Assembly (NCBI GenBank): GCA_964016885.1
Contig: OZ024740.1
Span: 153,698,001-153,762,000, forward strand
Length of the DNA stretch: 64,000 bases
Source: Eledone cirrhosa
Lineage: Eukaryota
Reading direction: 5' to 3'
Shown: positions 14,726-27,278 of the stretch, piece by piece
How the letters are laid out: each line of letters opens with the position of its first letter
How positions within the stretch are numbered: the first letter of the stretch is position 1
Translations under genes and position numbers: made by a program
The notes under the pieces: model-generated
What the model was told of the DNA's origin: nothing
Databases searched by the model: none
The model's input: only the letters and a program-made list of their open reading frames with translations

Positions 14726-16585
14726 TACAGGGAGACAGTCTCTCTGTGATATTATTCATCCTGTCATTAAACCCCTTGTCCTTTCTGCTCAAGAAATGTG
14801 AGGGATACATCATTGGCTCACAGGAGGGCAGAAATACGAACCTAACCCATAATTTCTTTGAGGACGATCTGAAACTCTATGCCAAGAACATGGATCGGAT
14901 GAAGAAAAAGCTTGACCTGGTTACAACGTTACGATGGAGTTTGGCCAAGATAAATGTTCATACATGACTGTAAAGCGGGGAAAAACAACAACCCAATCTA
15001 GCAACATTGTCATCAATGGTCTAACTGTTTCACCGATATCTGATGAGCACTGCCACAGATAGCTGGGGATAGACGAGAACATATCCTATAATGGTATCTG
15101 TAATAAGGAACGCGTAACCAGGGAATAATACACCCGATTAAGAAAGATTTGGTCATCGGAACTCTCTGCGCAAAACAAAACAATGTGTTTGCTGTGCTTG
15201 TCCTAACAACAACGTTTGGAATACTCAATTGGACGATAGACGAAATCCGAGCAGTTGATATTAGAACACGAAAAATACTAAACAACACTGGAAACTTCCA
15301 CATCAACAGTGACATAGACCGCCTTTCCTTGAAACGTAAGCAGGGCGGCAGAGGCCTAACATCAGTCCAGACAGCATTTGAATGTCGCATCATATCCCTC
15401 CGACAACATCTACGAACCTCGAAGCGTAGGAGCCCGTCTCTCGAGCTAGTCTATCTGCATGAAACAGATAAGATCATGAGAGTTGGGAAGTAACTCCTCG
15501 AGAGATATTCCCTGTGTGATAATGAAAACCTCACATCCAGGGAAGTCGCTCAGAAGTATCGCAGTGAATCGATGGATTAAAAACTGCATGCTTATCAGCA
15601 AAAAATCATGCATGGATATGTTGCCAGGAAGCTCCATAGATAAGGAAAGTAATCTTGGACCAACAACCGCTATATTGGCTCCCACTTTGAAGGATACGCT
15701 TTTGCAATCCAAGAACAGGAAATTAACGCGAAATACCTGATTCACAAAAGAGATAGGGATGCAGGCAAAACACCTAGATGTGATAACAAGTGCAGACTCT
15801 GCAGAATTAACATCGAAGATGTCACTCATGTCATCAGCAGCCGTCCAAAGATGTCATCGCGGTACTATCTACCTATGAGGCATGACGTAGTGGCCAAAAC
15901 ACTGTACAATGCCATCCGTAAAAAAAGATAGCCCGATAATAAACACATTAAAAGCTACAGCAATGTGGAAGACATACATATACATAATATGAAAGAGTAC
16001 TGGTGGAATGTTCCAGTAAAAAACCCAATAAAATGCAGCCATAACAGACCAGATATTATGATATGGGACAGGGAAAAGAAAGCATGCACAGTAGTGGAAA
16101 TTAGCTGCCCAGCCGATGCCAATATAATATCAAAGATTAGCGAAAAGGAGAATATTTATGCAGAACTGATGAGAAATCTGCAGATACTCCACCCTGATTA
16201 CACCTTCAGATTTATGCCTGTGATTATTGGGGCACTGGGGTATGTTAGTAACTGCCTCAATACAAATCTTGAGAAGCCAGGCTTCACGGGAACAGAAAGA
16301 ACACAACTAGTTGGAACAGAAAAAATATGTAAAACATTACAAAAATTTTACATCTAATAACTGCATATACACATGTACATATACAAAGCATATACACATG
16401 CACACATACAACTCAAAACATCCACATCCACACATACAATAACATCCATATCTACATATGCAGGCATGCATACATATCTACCTAGTTGATGTTGTGTAAG
16501 TTCCAATGAGAGAGTCTTGTGTCCATGTTAGAAACCGACTCTCTCTCTATTGGCAACATTTTGTAAAATTATAAAACCAGAAGAA
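14726..16585 (+). mobile_element. 5'-truncated R4/Dong-like non-LTR retrotransposon (RT, CCHC remnant, restriction-like endonuclease), decayed
   Basis: IQGDSLSVILFILSLNPLS, THNFFEDDLKLYA, RKQGGRGL, KCRLCRINIEDVTHVISS, RHDVVAK, NRPDIMIWD..VVEISCP; 3'UTR hairpin near 16503-16553. Confidence 0.85.
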
Positions 16586-16883
16586 CATACATAAATACAT
16601 ACATACATATACACATGTATACATACATGCATACATACACACATACAAATACATGCACATACTCATACATAACTACAATATATACCTCTGCCACATAAGT
16701 AAAAAAGCACCGAAGGATATTTTCTCTCTGCTTATGCAACTTATATGCATCTAAATGAAATAGAAAGTTACACCGCAACTAACATAATTGTTTATATAAC
16801 TGCGGTGGTCCGTTAATTAAGTTATCCTTGTATAAGTCATTGTAAATATAAGTTTGTCTGTGTTCTGTATATATATATAAATA

Positions 16884-16996
<113 letters not shown>

Positions 16997-17017
16997 GTAT
17001 ATATATATGTATATATA

Positions 17018-17056
<39 letters not shown>

Positions 17057-17070
17057 ATATAAATATGAAC

Positions 17071-17104
<34 letters not shown>

Positions 17105-17109
17105 GTATA

Positions 17110-17150
<41 letters not shown>

Positions 17151-17161
17151 ATATAAATATG

Positions 17162-17217
<56 letters not shown>

Positions 17218-17227
17218 CATGTATGTA

Positions 17228-17324
<97 letters not shown>

Positions 17325-17362
17325 ATGTATGTATGTATATGTGTGTATATATATATATATAC

Positions 17363-17563
17363 AAATTTTAGTACAGCATCAACGAAGCTTTAGGCTGCGG
17401 CCAAGCTAACGAATGCAGATTAGGAAAGCAGCTTAGCACTCGATGGAGAATATTACCACAGAGTTCTAACTATACGTTTAGACAGCTTTGCAAATCAAAT
17501 ATAGCGACCGACAGTCTGACCGCATTGCCATAGCAACGAAAAAAACTGAACGCAGGAAAATAT
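17363..17563 (+). repeat. Unclassified ~200-bp repeat with diverged inverted copy at 18321-18505
   Basis: ttttagtacagcatcaacgaagcttta..cggccaagcta vs tagcttggccg..taaagcttcgtcaatgctgtactaaaa. Confidence 0.75.
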
Positions 17564-17603
17564 TTTGACTGACAAATATACACACACATATGCTTATACA
17601 TGC

Positions 17604-17663
<60 letters not shown>

Positions 17664-17983
17664 AATACATACATGCACTCACACACACACACATACACAC
17701 ACACATATATATATATATGTGCATATATAGAGTCGGGACCCCGACGGCCGAGCTCTTGCCGTTTCAACGACCAGTTCCAAAATGGTGAACTGAACACACA
17801 CGTTCTTTTTCTCCAAAATGTTTTTTTCCGTTTCATCCTGTTCTCACACTCTCCAATTCATCTGTTTCTTTTATTTCTCAATCTTCTGATGAAGGACTTA
17901 CGTGCAAAACTTTAAGACTATTTTCCTATTATACCAAGCTTTAAGGAAAATATATCTTCACACACATACATAAATACACACAC

Positions 17984-18025
<42 letters not shown>

Positions 18026-18027
<2 letters not shown>

Positions 18028-18254
18028 CGGAATAAATGTGGTAAGGAACCAGGTGGACCATAACGCACCAAAGTACTCAATACTTAGGGTAGTAGAGTGG
18101 GTAATAAGAACGAGTAGGACCCCGACGGCTGAGCTCAAGCCGTTTCGACGGCCAATTCTGGACTAATAAGTCCAGAATGTTAGTAACTGCCTCAATAAGT
18201 CCAGAATTAGCCGTCGAAACGGCTTGAGCTCAGCCGTCGAGGTCCTACTCGTTC
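18026..18254. mobile_element. Hairpin element in (TA)n (family copy at 33093-33265, fragment at 17731-17780)
   Basis: Inverted arms 18108-18164 / 18198-18254 containing gccgtcGAAAcggcttgagctcagccgTC; shared tail gtggtaaggaaccag..gtagtagagtgg. Confidence 0.75.
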
Positions 18255-18259
18255 CTACG

Positions 18260-18320
<61 letters not shown>

Positions 18321-18322
<2 letters not shown>

Positions 18323-18503
18323 TTTCCTGGGTCATGTATTTTCGTCGCTCTGGTAATGCGGTTGGACTGCCGACTGCTATATCTGATTTGCTAAGCTGTC
18401 TGAACTCTGGGGTCTTACCTCATCTGAGTGCTAAAGCTACAGACCGATTATGCATATACGGTAGCTTGGCCGTATACTAAAGCTTCGTCAATGCTGTACT
18501 AAA

Positions 18504-18505
<2 letters not shown>
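18321..18505 (-). repeat. Inverted copy of the 17363-17563 repeat
   Basis: Manual alignment. Confidence 0.75.
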
Positions 18506-18551
<46 letters not shown>

Positions 18552-18574
18552 ATATATATATGTATATATATATA

Positions 18575-18656
<82 letters not shown>

Positions 18657-18657
18657 T

Positions 18658-18688
<31 letters not shown>

Positions 18689-18699
18689 AAACATGAGAA

Positions 18700-18835
18700 G
18701 AATGAATACTGTGTGGTTGCACATGGGTTACATATGATAAAAATAGTCCTTCATCACTGATTTTCCAACCTTCATTGGTATGTCATCGCTTTAAAAATCA
18801 TATACCTCCAGTTGGTGCGAGCAATAGCTAAATAA
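18700..18835. repeat. Unclassified repeat, second copy at ~33448-33572
   Basis: gtggttgcacatg.gttacatatg..aaaa.tagtccttcatca.tgat.ttccaaccttcattggta..tc.tcgctttaaa.atcatatacctc..gttggtgcg in both. Confidence 0.8.
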
Positions 18836-19114
18836 AGCTATTGGGACAAGTAAATCGCGTAAAGCGAGTGAGACAAGTAAACAAACATAGAAGGATAGCA
18901 ACACAAATATATATATATATCTAGGGAGTGTATCTTGGAGTTACTGCAGGTTCACCCGGGTGAGCACTCGATGTTTAGGTTCACTTCTGTGTTGAGGTGT
19001 AGAGCTATACAGATCGATACAGATCGAACCCTGAGCTGATCAGTGGCGAAACGCGCGTCACCTACCAATAATGTAATGAAGGAGTAACCAATCGTCCTTG
19101 TTATCCTTTCAATA

Positions 19115-19171
<57 letters not shown>

Positions 19172-19285
19172 ATGTCTGTGTGTGCGCGCGTGTACATATA
19201 TATATATATATATATGTGAGTATAAGCGTTAACCTAATATATTCCTTCCATATACTGTACCGATAGTGTTGCTATTTCTATTTAC

Positions 19286-19338
<53 letters not shown>

Positions 19339-19360
19339 GCGCGCGCACACACACACAGAC

Positions 19361-19398
<38 letters not shown>

Positions 19399-19485
19399 AC
19401 ACACACACACACACACACGCGCACACACACACAGACACACGCACACACACACACACACACACTCACACACACAAAAAAACACACA

Positions 19486-19523
<38 letters not shown>

Positions 19524-19977
19524 AATATATATAGATATATAAATAGAGAGAGAGAGAGCGGAGGAGTAAGGAGAGAGAGACTAAACATACTACCTATTAT
19601 GTTTACTGTGTAAAGGTTGTTATTTGAGCACCACCACAAGGATTGTTCTATTAAAATTGCAAAATTACAAGTAACATTTTATTTACTTAACACCTTCCTC
19701 TGCGCTGGCGTCCAATTTCACTCCCGCTTTGTTTATGTACTCTGTACACTTGAGTATTTGTATTATACTGCTAAATATACATCCCTATCTGTCCATCACC
19801 ATTTATTTTCCCCCATCTCTTCCCTTAATTGTATACCCCCGCCCCCATATATATATATATGTATATATTAAAAAAACAATGAAGTTTCGTTTACATGCAT
19901 TTATATTTTTATTGATACGCGCGTTTCGCAGAGGATTGGCTCTGGGTCACCCTGGACCCGACTCCGTTATCGATATA

Positions 19978-20100
19978 TGCGTGTGGCCTAGTAGTTACAG
20001 AATTGGATTCACAATCATGAGGTTGTGAGTTCGTTTCCCGGACCGGGCGATGCGTTATTGTCCTTGAGCAAGGCACTTTATTTCACGTTGCTCCTTCTAC
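19978..20100 (+). mobile_element. tRNA-derived SINE, family B
   Basis: A-box tggcctagtagtta, B-box gagttcgtttcc, then gtccttgagcaaggcactttatttcacgttgctcc; relatives at ~24810-24925(-), ~27650-27865(-), ~35265-35350(+), ~41025-41130(+), ~49020-49275(-), ~49660-50010(+). Confidence 0.7.
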
Positions 20101-20195
20101 CTGGAGTTGCGACTGATAGATAGTATCAGCAATTGGAAAGACCAGTGGAAACGTTGTTTCCTCGGTCCGATTTAACGAAAGTCGATCTATCCTTT

Positions 20196-20231
<36 letters not shown>

Positions 20232-20983
20232 CGAATGTCTGTGTGTGTTTGTGTGTGTGTATATATATGTATATATATATCAAATGATATCAAACAACGA
20301 AAGAATAAGAAACACAGTGGGAAGTAGTAAATTAATCCATTGTTTTACGATCGTTTCAGAGATCTGATATACAACTCTATACCATCAACATCGAAAGAGC
20401 ACATCTCTGCTTATAATACAGATATAATAACAGATATCATGTGCATATATTAAGTTCATCTGTGCAGGAATCTCCCATAGCTAACTTCGTAAAAGTTATT
20501 ATATATAATTATGTATATAATTCTCTGAGCTGTAACTTTAACTATTATTTTTTTGCGATTTTCAGTATATCAATGGCAAATAACCTTCTGTTTGATATTT
20601 GCTATGCCTTTATTGTTGAGTTGATTGATGTTACATATCTGCTATGTCTAGCGGCATTTCTACTCGTTTTTGTCCTCTGTACATATATTCACATGTTTGT
20701 CTGATCTTCGCACGCGTGAAATCTACATCATGCGTGAACGGCAATGGACAGTTCTTCCATTCACTAACAGGTGAATATTTAATTATACTTTCAAAGAAGC
20801 CATCTGTAGTTTTCTGAAATTCCTGAATATTGTCTATTGTATATAATAGAATTGCCAATATTTTCCTATAAGATGAAAACTTCAGTAATTGCGAGATTAG
20901 GGTAGAGGAGGCTTATTTTAGATCGCTTTGCTAAGAATTTCTCATAGGTAACTTTGTAGAAGTTATTGTATATATATATATAT

Positions 20984-21317
20984 TCTAGGGGCCGGTAAAA
21001 TTCCCGAGATCCATGAACGAGTTCTCTCCAGCTGTCTCTGTCCCTCATTATCGCTGCCATGTCCTGCGTCTCCAACAGACCAGTGTCTGTCCTTAGGGCA
21101 TCAACATACGTTAACCTTGGGCTTCCTATTCCAGTGTGTCCATGTAGGGGCTCCCACAGGAGCACTGAGTCCAATGTCAACTCTGGATGTCGGTGAGCAT
21201 GTCCAGCTAACCTCAGTCTCCTGTGTGTCAATTTTGAGCTTACCTTTGGGAGGCTCCCATATAGCTCGGAGTTCTTCATCCTCAGTGTATACTGATTAAT
21301 GTTCAGAGCCATCCTCA

Positions 21318-21320
<3 letters not shown>
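20984..21320 (-). mobile_element. RTE-like LINE 3' fragment between two (TA)n tracts
   Basis: [52 protein letters not shown], typical RTE-group C-terminus. Confidence 0.8.
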
Positions 21321-21362
<42 letters not shown>

Positions 21363-21438
21363 AAATTAAATTAAGGGTATCATGTCTGAGAGACATGCGC
21401 TATATATATATATATATATATGTCAATCAATGTCTAGT

Positions 21439-21508
<70 letters not shown>

Positions 21509-21741
21509 ACACACACACATGCGCACATACACACACACACATACATACACCCACACACATATATACACACACACGCGCGCGCGCACACACACACACATAC
21601 ACACACACACATACACACACATACACACACATATATAAATAGAAATAGAAGCTTTCGCCGTATTTTTGACTAAAGAAATGTTAGCCTGATAGTGGGATTT
21701 AGAACCCTCTTAAGAAATGGAAAAAAGATGAGTTTTGATTG

Positions 21742-21798
<57 letters not shown>

Positions 21799-21865
21799 TG
21801 TCTGTGCGTGTGTGCGTGTCTATGAGTCTATGTGTCTGTGTGATTACCATTATAAACCTCATTTG

Positions 21866-22010
21866 ACGCATAGAGTTACGGCCCTTGCCATTCTGAGTTC
21901 AAATCCCGCCGAGGTTAACTTTGCTTTTCATCCTTACGGGGTCGATAAAATAAAGTACCAGTAATGCACTGGGTAATTACAGGCCTTGTGCCAAAAGTAG
22001 AAACAATTAT
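21866..22010 (+). mobile_element. 5'-truncated SINE family A with TSD attataaacctcat
   Basis: Consensus match; TSD on both sides. Confidence 0.85.
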
Positions 22011-22347
22011 AAACCTCATATCACAGCATGTGTATCACCATCTAACAGTGCCCAATTCACCCAGGCTAAAAATCTATCTGAAAAACATTCTCACGTAAAA
22101 TACCAAATGTCCAGTCTCGATTCTATCTTGAAAACTTATAGATATTATATCTGTTGTTTTTAGCCCTAGCTCAATGATTTCGTCTATGTTTTCTTTATAG
22201 GCGAAAGGTTATTTACCTTCTGCTGAAAAGCCAATAACGAATAAAACATGTGAAAACATCCCCTATTTTTTCTGTGTATATACTTATATTTACCTTTTTA
22301 GAGCGAGGCTTACAATTTAACATTTTAGTAATAACTATATTGAATTT

Positions 22348-22510
22348 AGGCGGCAAATTGCCAGAGTCGTTAGAACGTCGGATAGAATGCTTTACGGTAT
22401 TAGTTCCGGCTCTCTGCTCTCTGAGTTCAAATCCCGCCGAGGTCATCTTTGCTTTTCATCGTTTTGAAGTCGATAAAAGAAAAGTACCAGTCTAGTACTG
22501 GGGTCGATTC
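22348..22510 (+). mobile_element. Diverged SINE family A variant
   Basis: ctgagttcaaatcccgccgaggtcatctttgcttttcatc...gtcgataaa..agtaccag. Confidence 0.7.
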
Positions 22511-23940
22511 TTCCTTTCTGTGGGAGAAATCTGCTTATATTTACCTTTTTAGAGCGAGGCTTACAATTTAGAATTTTAGTAATAACTATATTGAATTTAG
22601 GCGGCGAATTGCCAGGAGAGGGATGCACTCCACTAGGCTTAAAATACTCAAGAAACGCCGTAAATCAATACGGTGCCCCTACCACTCTATCAGGAGTTGC
22701 GGAACCATACCATACAATATTGAATTTAGATTTTCTAATATGGGTTGTTTTGTGCGTACATATTTATGAATTCATTAATCATATCATCAACTAATTTACG
22801 ATTTACAAATTAGGTTCGCCATTTCAGTTTATGTTTGTATAATATATAAATAGCTCTAATTTCTCTTCGTAAATGGAATGGTAACGGCACTTGTCTTTTA
22901 ATGAACAGCCAATAAGTTGTGAAACATAGAGTTGTAAACCATATCGGTTCTCTGTGTATGAAGAGAAATACAAGATGTATTTACATTTGTTTATGTATTC
23001 ATAGCGAGGTTTCTACATTAAAATTGTAGTTATATCTACATTGAATTTTTCAAATTTTCTAATATAGGCTGTTGCGAAAAAATATTACACACATACACAC
23101 ACACAAATAAAATATACATATATATTTTTGCAGACATCTTTGTCTCTTTGTCTATGTGAAAGTATCTATGTGTTTGAGCGCAGGCGCACACGTGTGTGTC
23201 GTCTGATATACTAATCCATTTCGATTATGTATCCCACTGGCATTTTTTTTATCTTTCTTCTCTTTTCCCACACACATACTTATACCCCCCCCCCCCCCCA
23301 CACACACACGCACAGACATACTTGCATAGGAACATACGAATTCCCCCTGAAGCTGATAACTGGCGGTGACAGCTATTTCAGATGAAATGAGGTGAAGTTG
23401 GTTCGTACTGTCGTGACACAACGCTGCAACCAATCGGTTATCTTTACAAAAGATAACGTTAAGACAAGGGGAAAAGTACGTATAATACACATTTTATTCC
23501 TGTCATCACAGTCATATCTTAAAAACCTCTATGCACCACTCATTTTGTAATCCCTCCTCGCTTCCACCACCCCCTCTCTCTCGTTCTCTCCTTCGTTCTT
23601 TCTCCATGTCTTTGTTTCTTTATTTCTCTTGCTCGCTTCTTCTTTTTATTTCTTATCCCATCTCTTTCTATTAGACGTCATATCAATCTTTAACAATTAC
23701 ACAAACATTAGCACTTTTACAATAGAATGTAATGTCTTGTGTATGTCTGCAAAAACTGAAAATGTGGAACTTATCTGTTGCAGTTGCAGTATACAGAACA
23801 ATGCTTATTATGCTATGTCCTTGACAAATAATGACCAACGCATTATGATATATTAAATCGTCTAGCATGTTCAGTGACGTGTGTGGGGCCTTTGCCGGCA
23901 TCAATGATTATATCTCCTGTAGTAGATACATTTTCTAGAG

Positions 23941-24433
23941 CAGCGGTCACCAACCTTTTTCTGCTACGGACCGGTGTCATGCAAGACAATTTCTCCACCG
24001 ACCGAGCGGGGAGGTGATCAGTGTCGGTCATGCACTTAACAAAACACAATAAACAATAAAATGTATATTATATAAATTAAGTAGGACGCTTGGTATTTCC
24101 TTTTAAATATGCAGCTTTCTTTTATTTTTTTTTCTAGCAATCGTAGATCTGCTATCTCATTATTGGGTCTTTTCCTCTTTTCAAAGAAGCTCTCCAGGAA
24201 GGTTTGTTTTCTGTCCAGTTTCACTAGGGTTGGCTTGTTTGTAAAAACACACAAAAAAAAAAATAATAAATAAACTGCAAACAGGAAAAGTACGGAAAAG
24301 AGGCACAAACGGAAGTGGTCATTTTAGGAAATATAACATCCAGTAGACCGCGATAGTCGATAAAATGTAAAAAAAAAGTTTGTTTTCCTTTCTGTGCGGC
24401 CCAATGGTCCACGGCCCGGTGGTTGGGGACCAG
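23941..24433. mobile_element. Non-autonomous hAT (Charlie/Buster group) element with MER1-like ends
   Basis: TIRs cagcggtcaccaacc / ggttggggaccag; exact 8-bp TSD ttctagag (23933-23940, 24434-24441). Confidence 0.9.
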
Positions 24434-24923
24434 TTCTAGAGCTTATTTAAAATGGTGAATATAATTATTTGAATCATGAAATATGTCTTGAAATTTAGCA
24501 ATTTATTACAATCTTGTTACTGGGTTATTATTGTTTCTATTGTTTCTTGTTATGTTATGTTAATCTTTAACGAAGTACAATTGAAGATGCATATGTTCTT
24601 CATGAGATAATGGTTACCATGAACCTATTTTGACATATATATGACTTTGGGCTTTAAATGTAGGCATTCCGCCTTCACTAATGATATTAGCTCTAAAGTA
24701 ATGACTCTTCACTACATGTTAGAACTCGCTAAAGCCATGCATTACTTCATGACTTAAGGCTGTGAGATTTTAATGTATGCTTAACTCTGTTAAGTATTCT
24801 TGAAACTAATAACCTGAAATGAAGTGCTTTGCTCAAGAACACAACACACAACCCAACCCAGGAATCCAACCCACGACATTATTATCGTAAGCTCAACACC
24901 CTTAACACTAGGCCACGTGCCTC

Positions 24924-24958
<35 letters not shown>

Positions 24959-25512
24959 TAATTGGTTGTAGTGCACAGATAGCTATCTTTGTGCTACTGC
25001 CAATTAACTATAACCCGCCAAGTTCGCACTGTATGTAAATGAGCCTTTCCAACCGATGTCTTCTATGTGTTATATACAAATGACCATCTATAGCAAATGT
25101 TCATCACCCGAAATCTATATAAGTTCTAGTCTATTTTCATCTCAGTACCGTTTGAGTGAGCGTTACTGATGAGAGATTAACAAACCTTAAAAACAGCTAC
25201 CTGGCATACTCAACGGCTACTAAGATATTTGTGGCATGTTTAGAGATCAAAAGAGAGAAAAATGTATTTTCTCATAAGAATTAATATTTTTTCTTTGATA
25301 GACATGCTCTCATGTTTTTTGTATATAAACATATATTATATGCTTTTATCTATGCACACACACTCACACACACACACACATATATATATATATAGACACA
25401 CGCACATACGTTTCCCCAATTCCCATTTTTTGCGTACGCTGTTCAGTAAATCACTTTACTCTCCCCCACCTCACCCTCTCTCGCTGTTTGTGAATATATA
25501 TATATATATATA

Positions 25513-25555
<43 letters not shown>

Positions 25556-25566
25556 TGTGCGTGCGC

Positions 25567-25600
<34 letters not shown>

Positions 25601-26042
25601 GTGTATGTGTGTGTGTGTATTCATATTCATATATACATTTATATGCGTGTATATACAGACATACACACAGACACACACGCATACGCACACATGCATGTTT
25701 CCACTCTTTCCATATCCGACTATTTCATGTGTCGGTAAGAATTATAGGCAAGCATTGCAAAATGCATTTCTTGCCAGCTTGAAAACAGTAGAGCGTATCA
25801 TAATAATGTTTGTTGGCTTACGATAGAGAGAGACCACACTAGACTTGCAGCGAGATACGAACCACGTGACTATCATTTCAAATGCTTCATTTTCTTTAAT
25901 TACTCGGTTCATTGCTCTTCGCAATAATTTAGATTTTATTCCAGCGTTTTCAATTAACCCAATATTTCGCCAAAACCTCCCAAACCGATTCGTTATGAAG
26001 TACTATCTTCTCGCATATAACAGCATTATTTTGAACAAGGTG

Positions 26043-26262
26043 ATGGATTGGTAGTATAGGTAGAGCGTTGGACAACATGCTTTGTGGCATAGAGTTTATG
26101 GCGCTTTACGTTCTGAGTTCAAATCTCGCCGAGTTTACCTTTGCCTTTCATTCTTACGAGGTCGATAAAATAAAGTACCAGTAATGCACTGAGGTCGATT
26201 TAATCGACTTACCCCTCCCCTGAAATTGTTGGCCTTGTGGCTAAATTAGAAACAATTATTTT
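26043..26262 (+). mobile_element. SINE family A (long variant)
   Basis: Consensus plus gtcgatttaatcgac segment. Confidence 0.85.
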
Positions 26263-26355
26263 GAAACTTTTTATAATACATTATATGAGAAAACTGATTA
26301 TTACACACACACACACACTCAGGCACACACACACATACACACAACACACACACAG

Positions 26356-26395
<40 letters not shown>

Positions 26396-26734
26396 ATAAA
26401 TAAATATATTTCCCAAAGCGTCTGTGAACCAATTCATGCTAGAGATGCAGCAGTTGGGTTTCGACAATAGGCTGTTGCTCCGGATGCAGTAATGAAGGTG
26501 TCCAAAATAAATTTCCTATGAACTTTCATGCCCGTTAGTTAAGCTACGACACTGAAAGTTCCTTCCTCCTTAAACATGTGTTTGATTGTAATATTATATT
26601 AGTTGTATAAATTTATATTCTACGTAAAATATTAAATACTTACCCAATATATATTATATACTGAAATAATACCTTAGTTATATATCGATCAAAATTATAA
26701 CGATGTAAAATAATTTTATTATTAAACTCATTGA

Positions 26735-26937
26735 GGGCGGTGGATTGGCAGTATCGGTAGAGGGTCGGACGCTATCCTTTGCAACATAGAGTTACGGCCC
26801 TTTGTGATCTGAGTTCAAATTCCGCCGAGGTTAATTTTGCCTTTCACCCTTACGGGGTCGGTCAAATAAAGTAGAATCGACTTTCCTCTCCCTCCCCAAA
26901 ATTACTGGTTTTGTGCCTATAGTAGAAATCATTATTA
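26735..26937 (+). mobile_element. SINE family A
   Basis: Consensus match; attattaaac on both sides. Confidence 0.85.
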
Positions 26938-27092
26938 AACACCTTGAAAAAATGTTAAATGACTTCGAACCTAATAAACATTTTAGGCTCGGGAATATCA
27001 TAGTAAAATTTGTCTTTGATATTTATATTGTAACTTGAAAAATGCCATCGAAAAGTAGACGAAGACGAAACCCTCTTGTATCGTCACCAATC

Positions 27093-27278
27093 ATAGTTGT
27101 TTCTACATTTGGCACAAGGCCAGCAACTATTCCAGTGCATTACTGGTACTTTATTTTATCGACCCCGTAAGGATGAAAGGCAAAGTTAACCTCGACGGGA
27201 TTTGAAATCAGACCGTAAAGGGACGTAACTATCCTGGAAAGCATGGTGTCTGACCCTCTACCGATACTGCCAAGTCAC
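27093..27278 (-). mobile_element. SINE family A
   Basis: Consensus match; gtcaccaat(c/t)atagt duplicated at both ends. Confidence 0.85.

Noticed and set aside
20631-20858. Minus-strand ORF containing EWKNCP, reminiscent of Harbinger transposases
   Set aside because: Surrounding catalytic motif absent; too little evidence without a search
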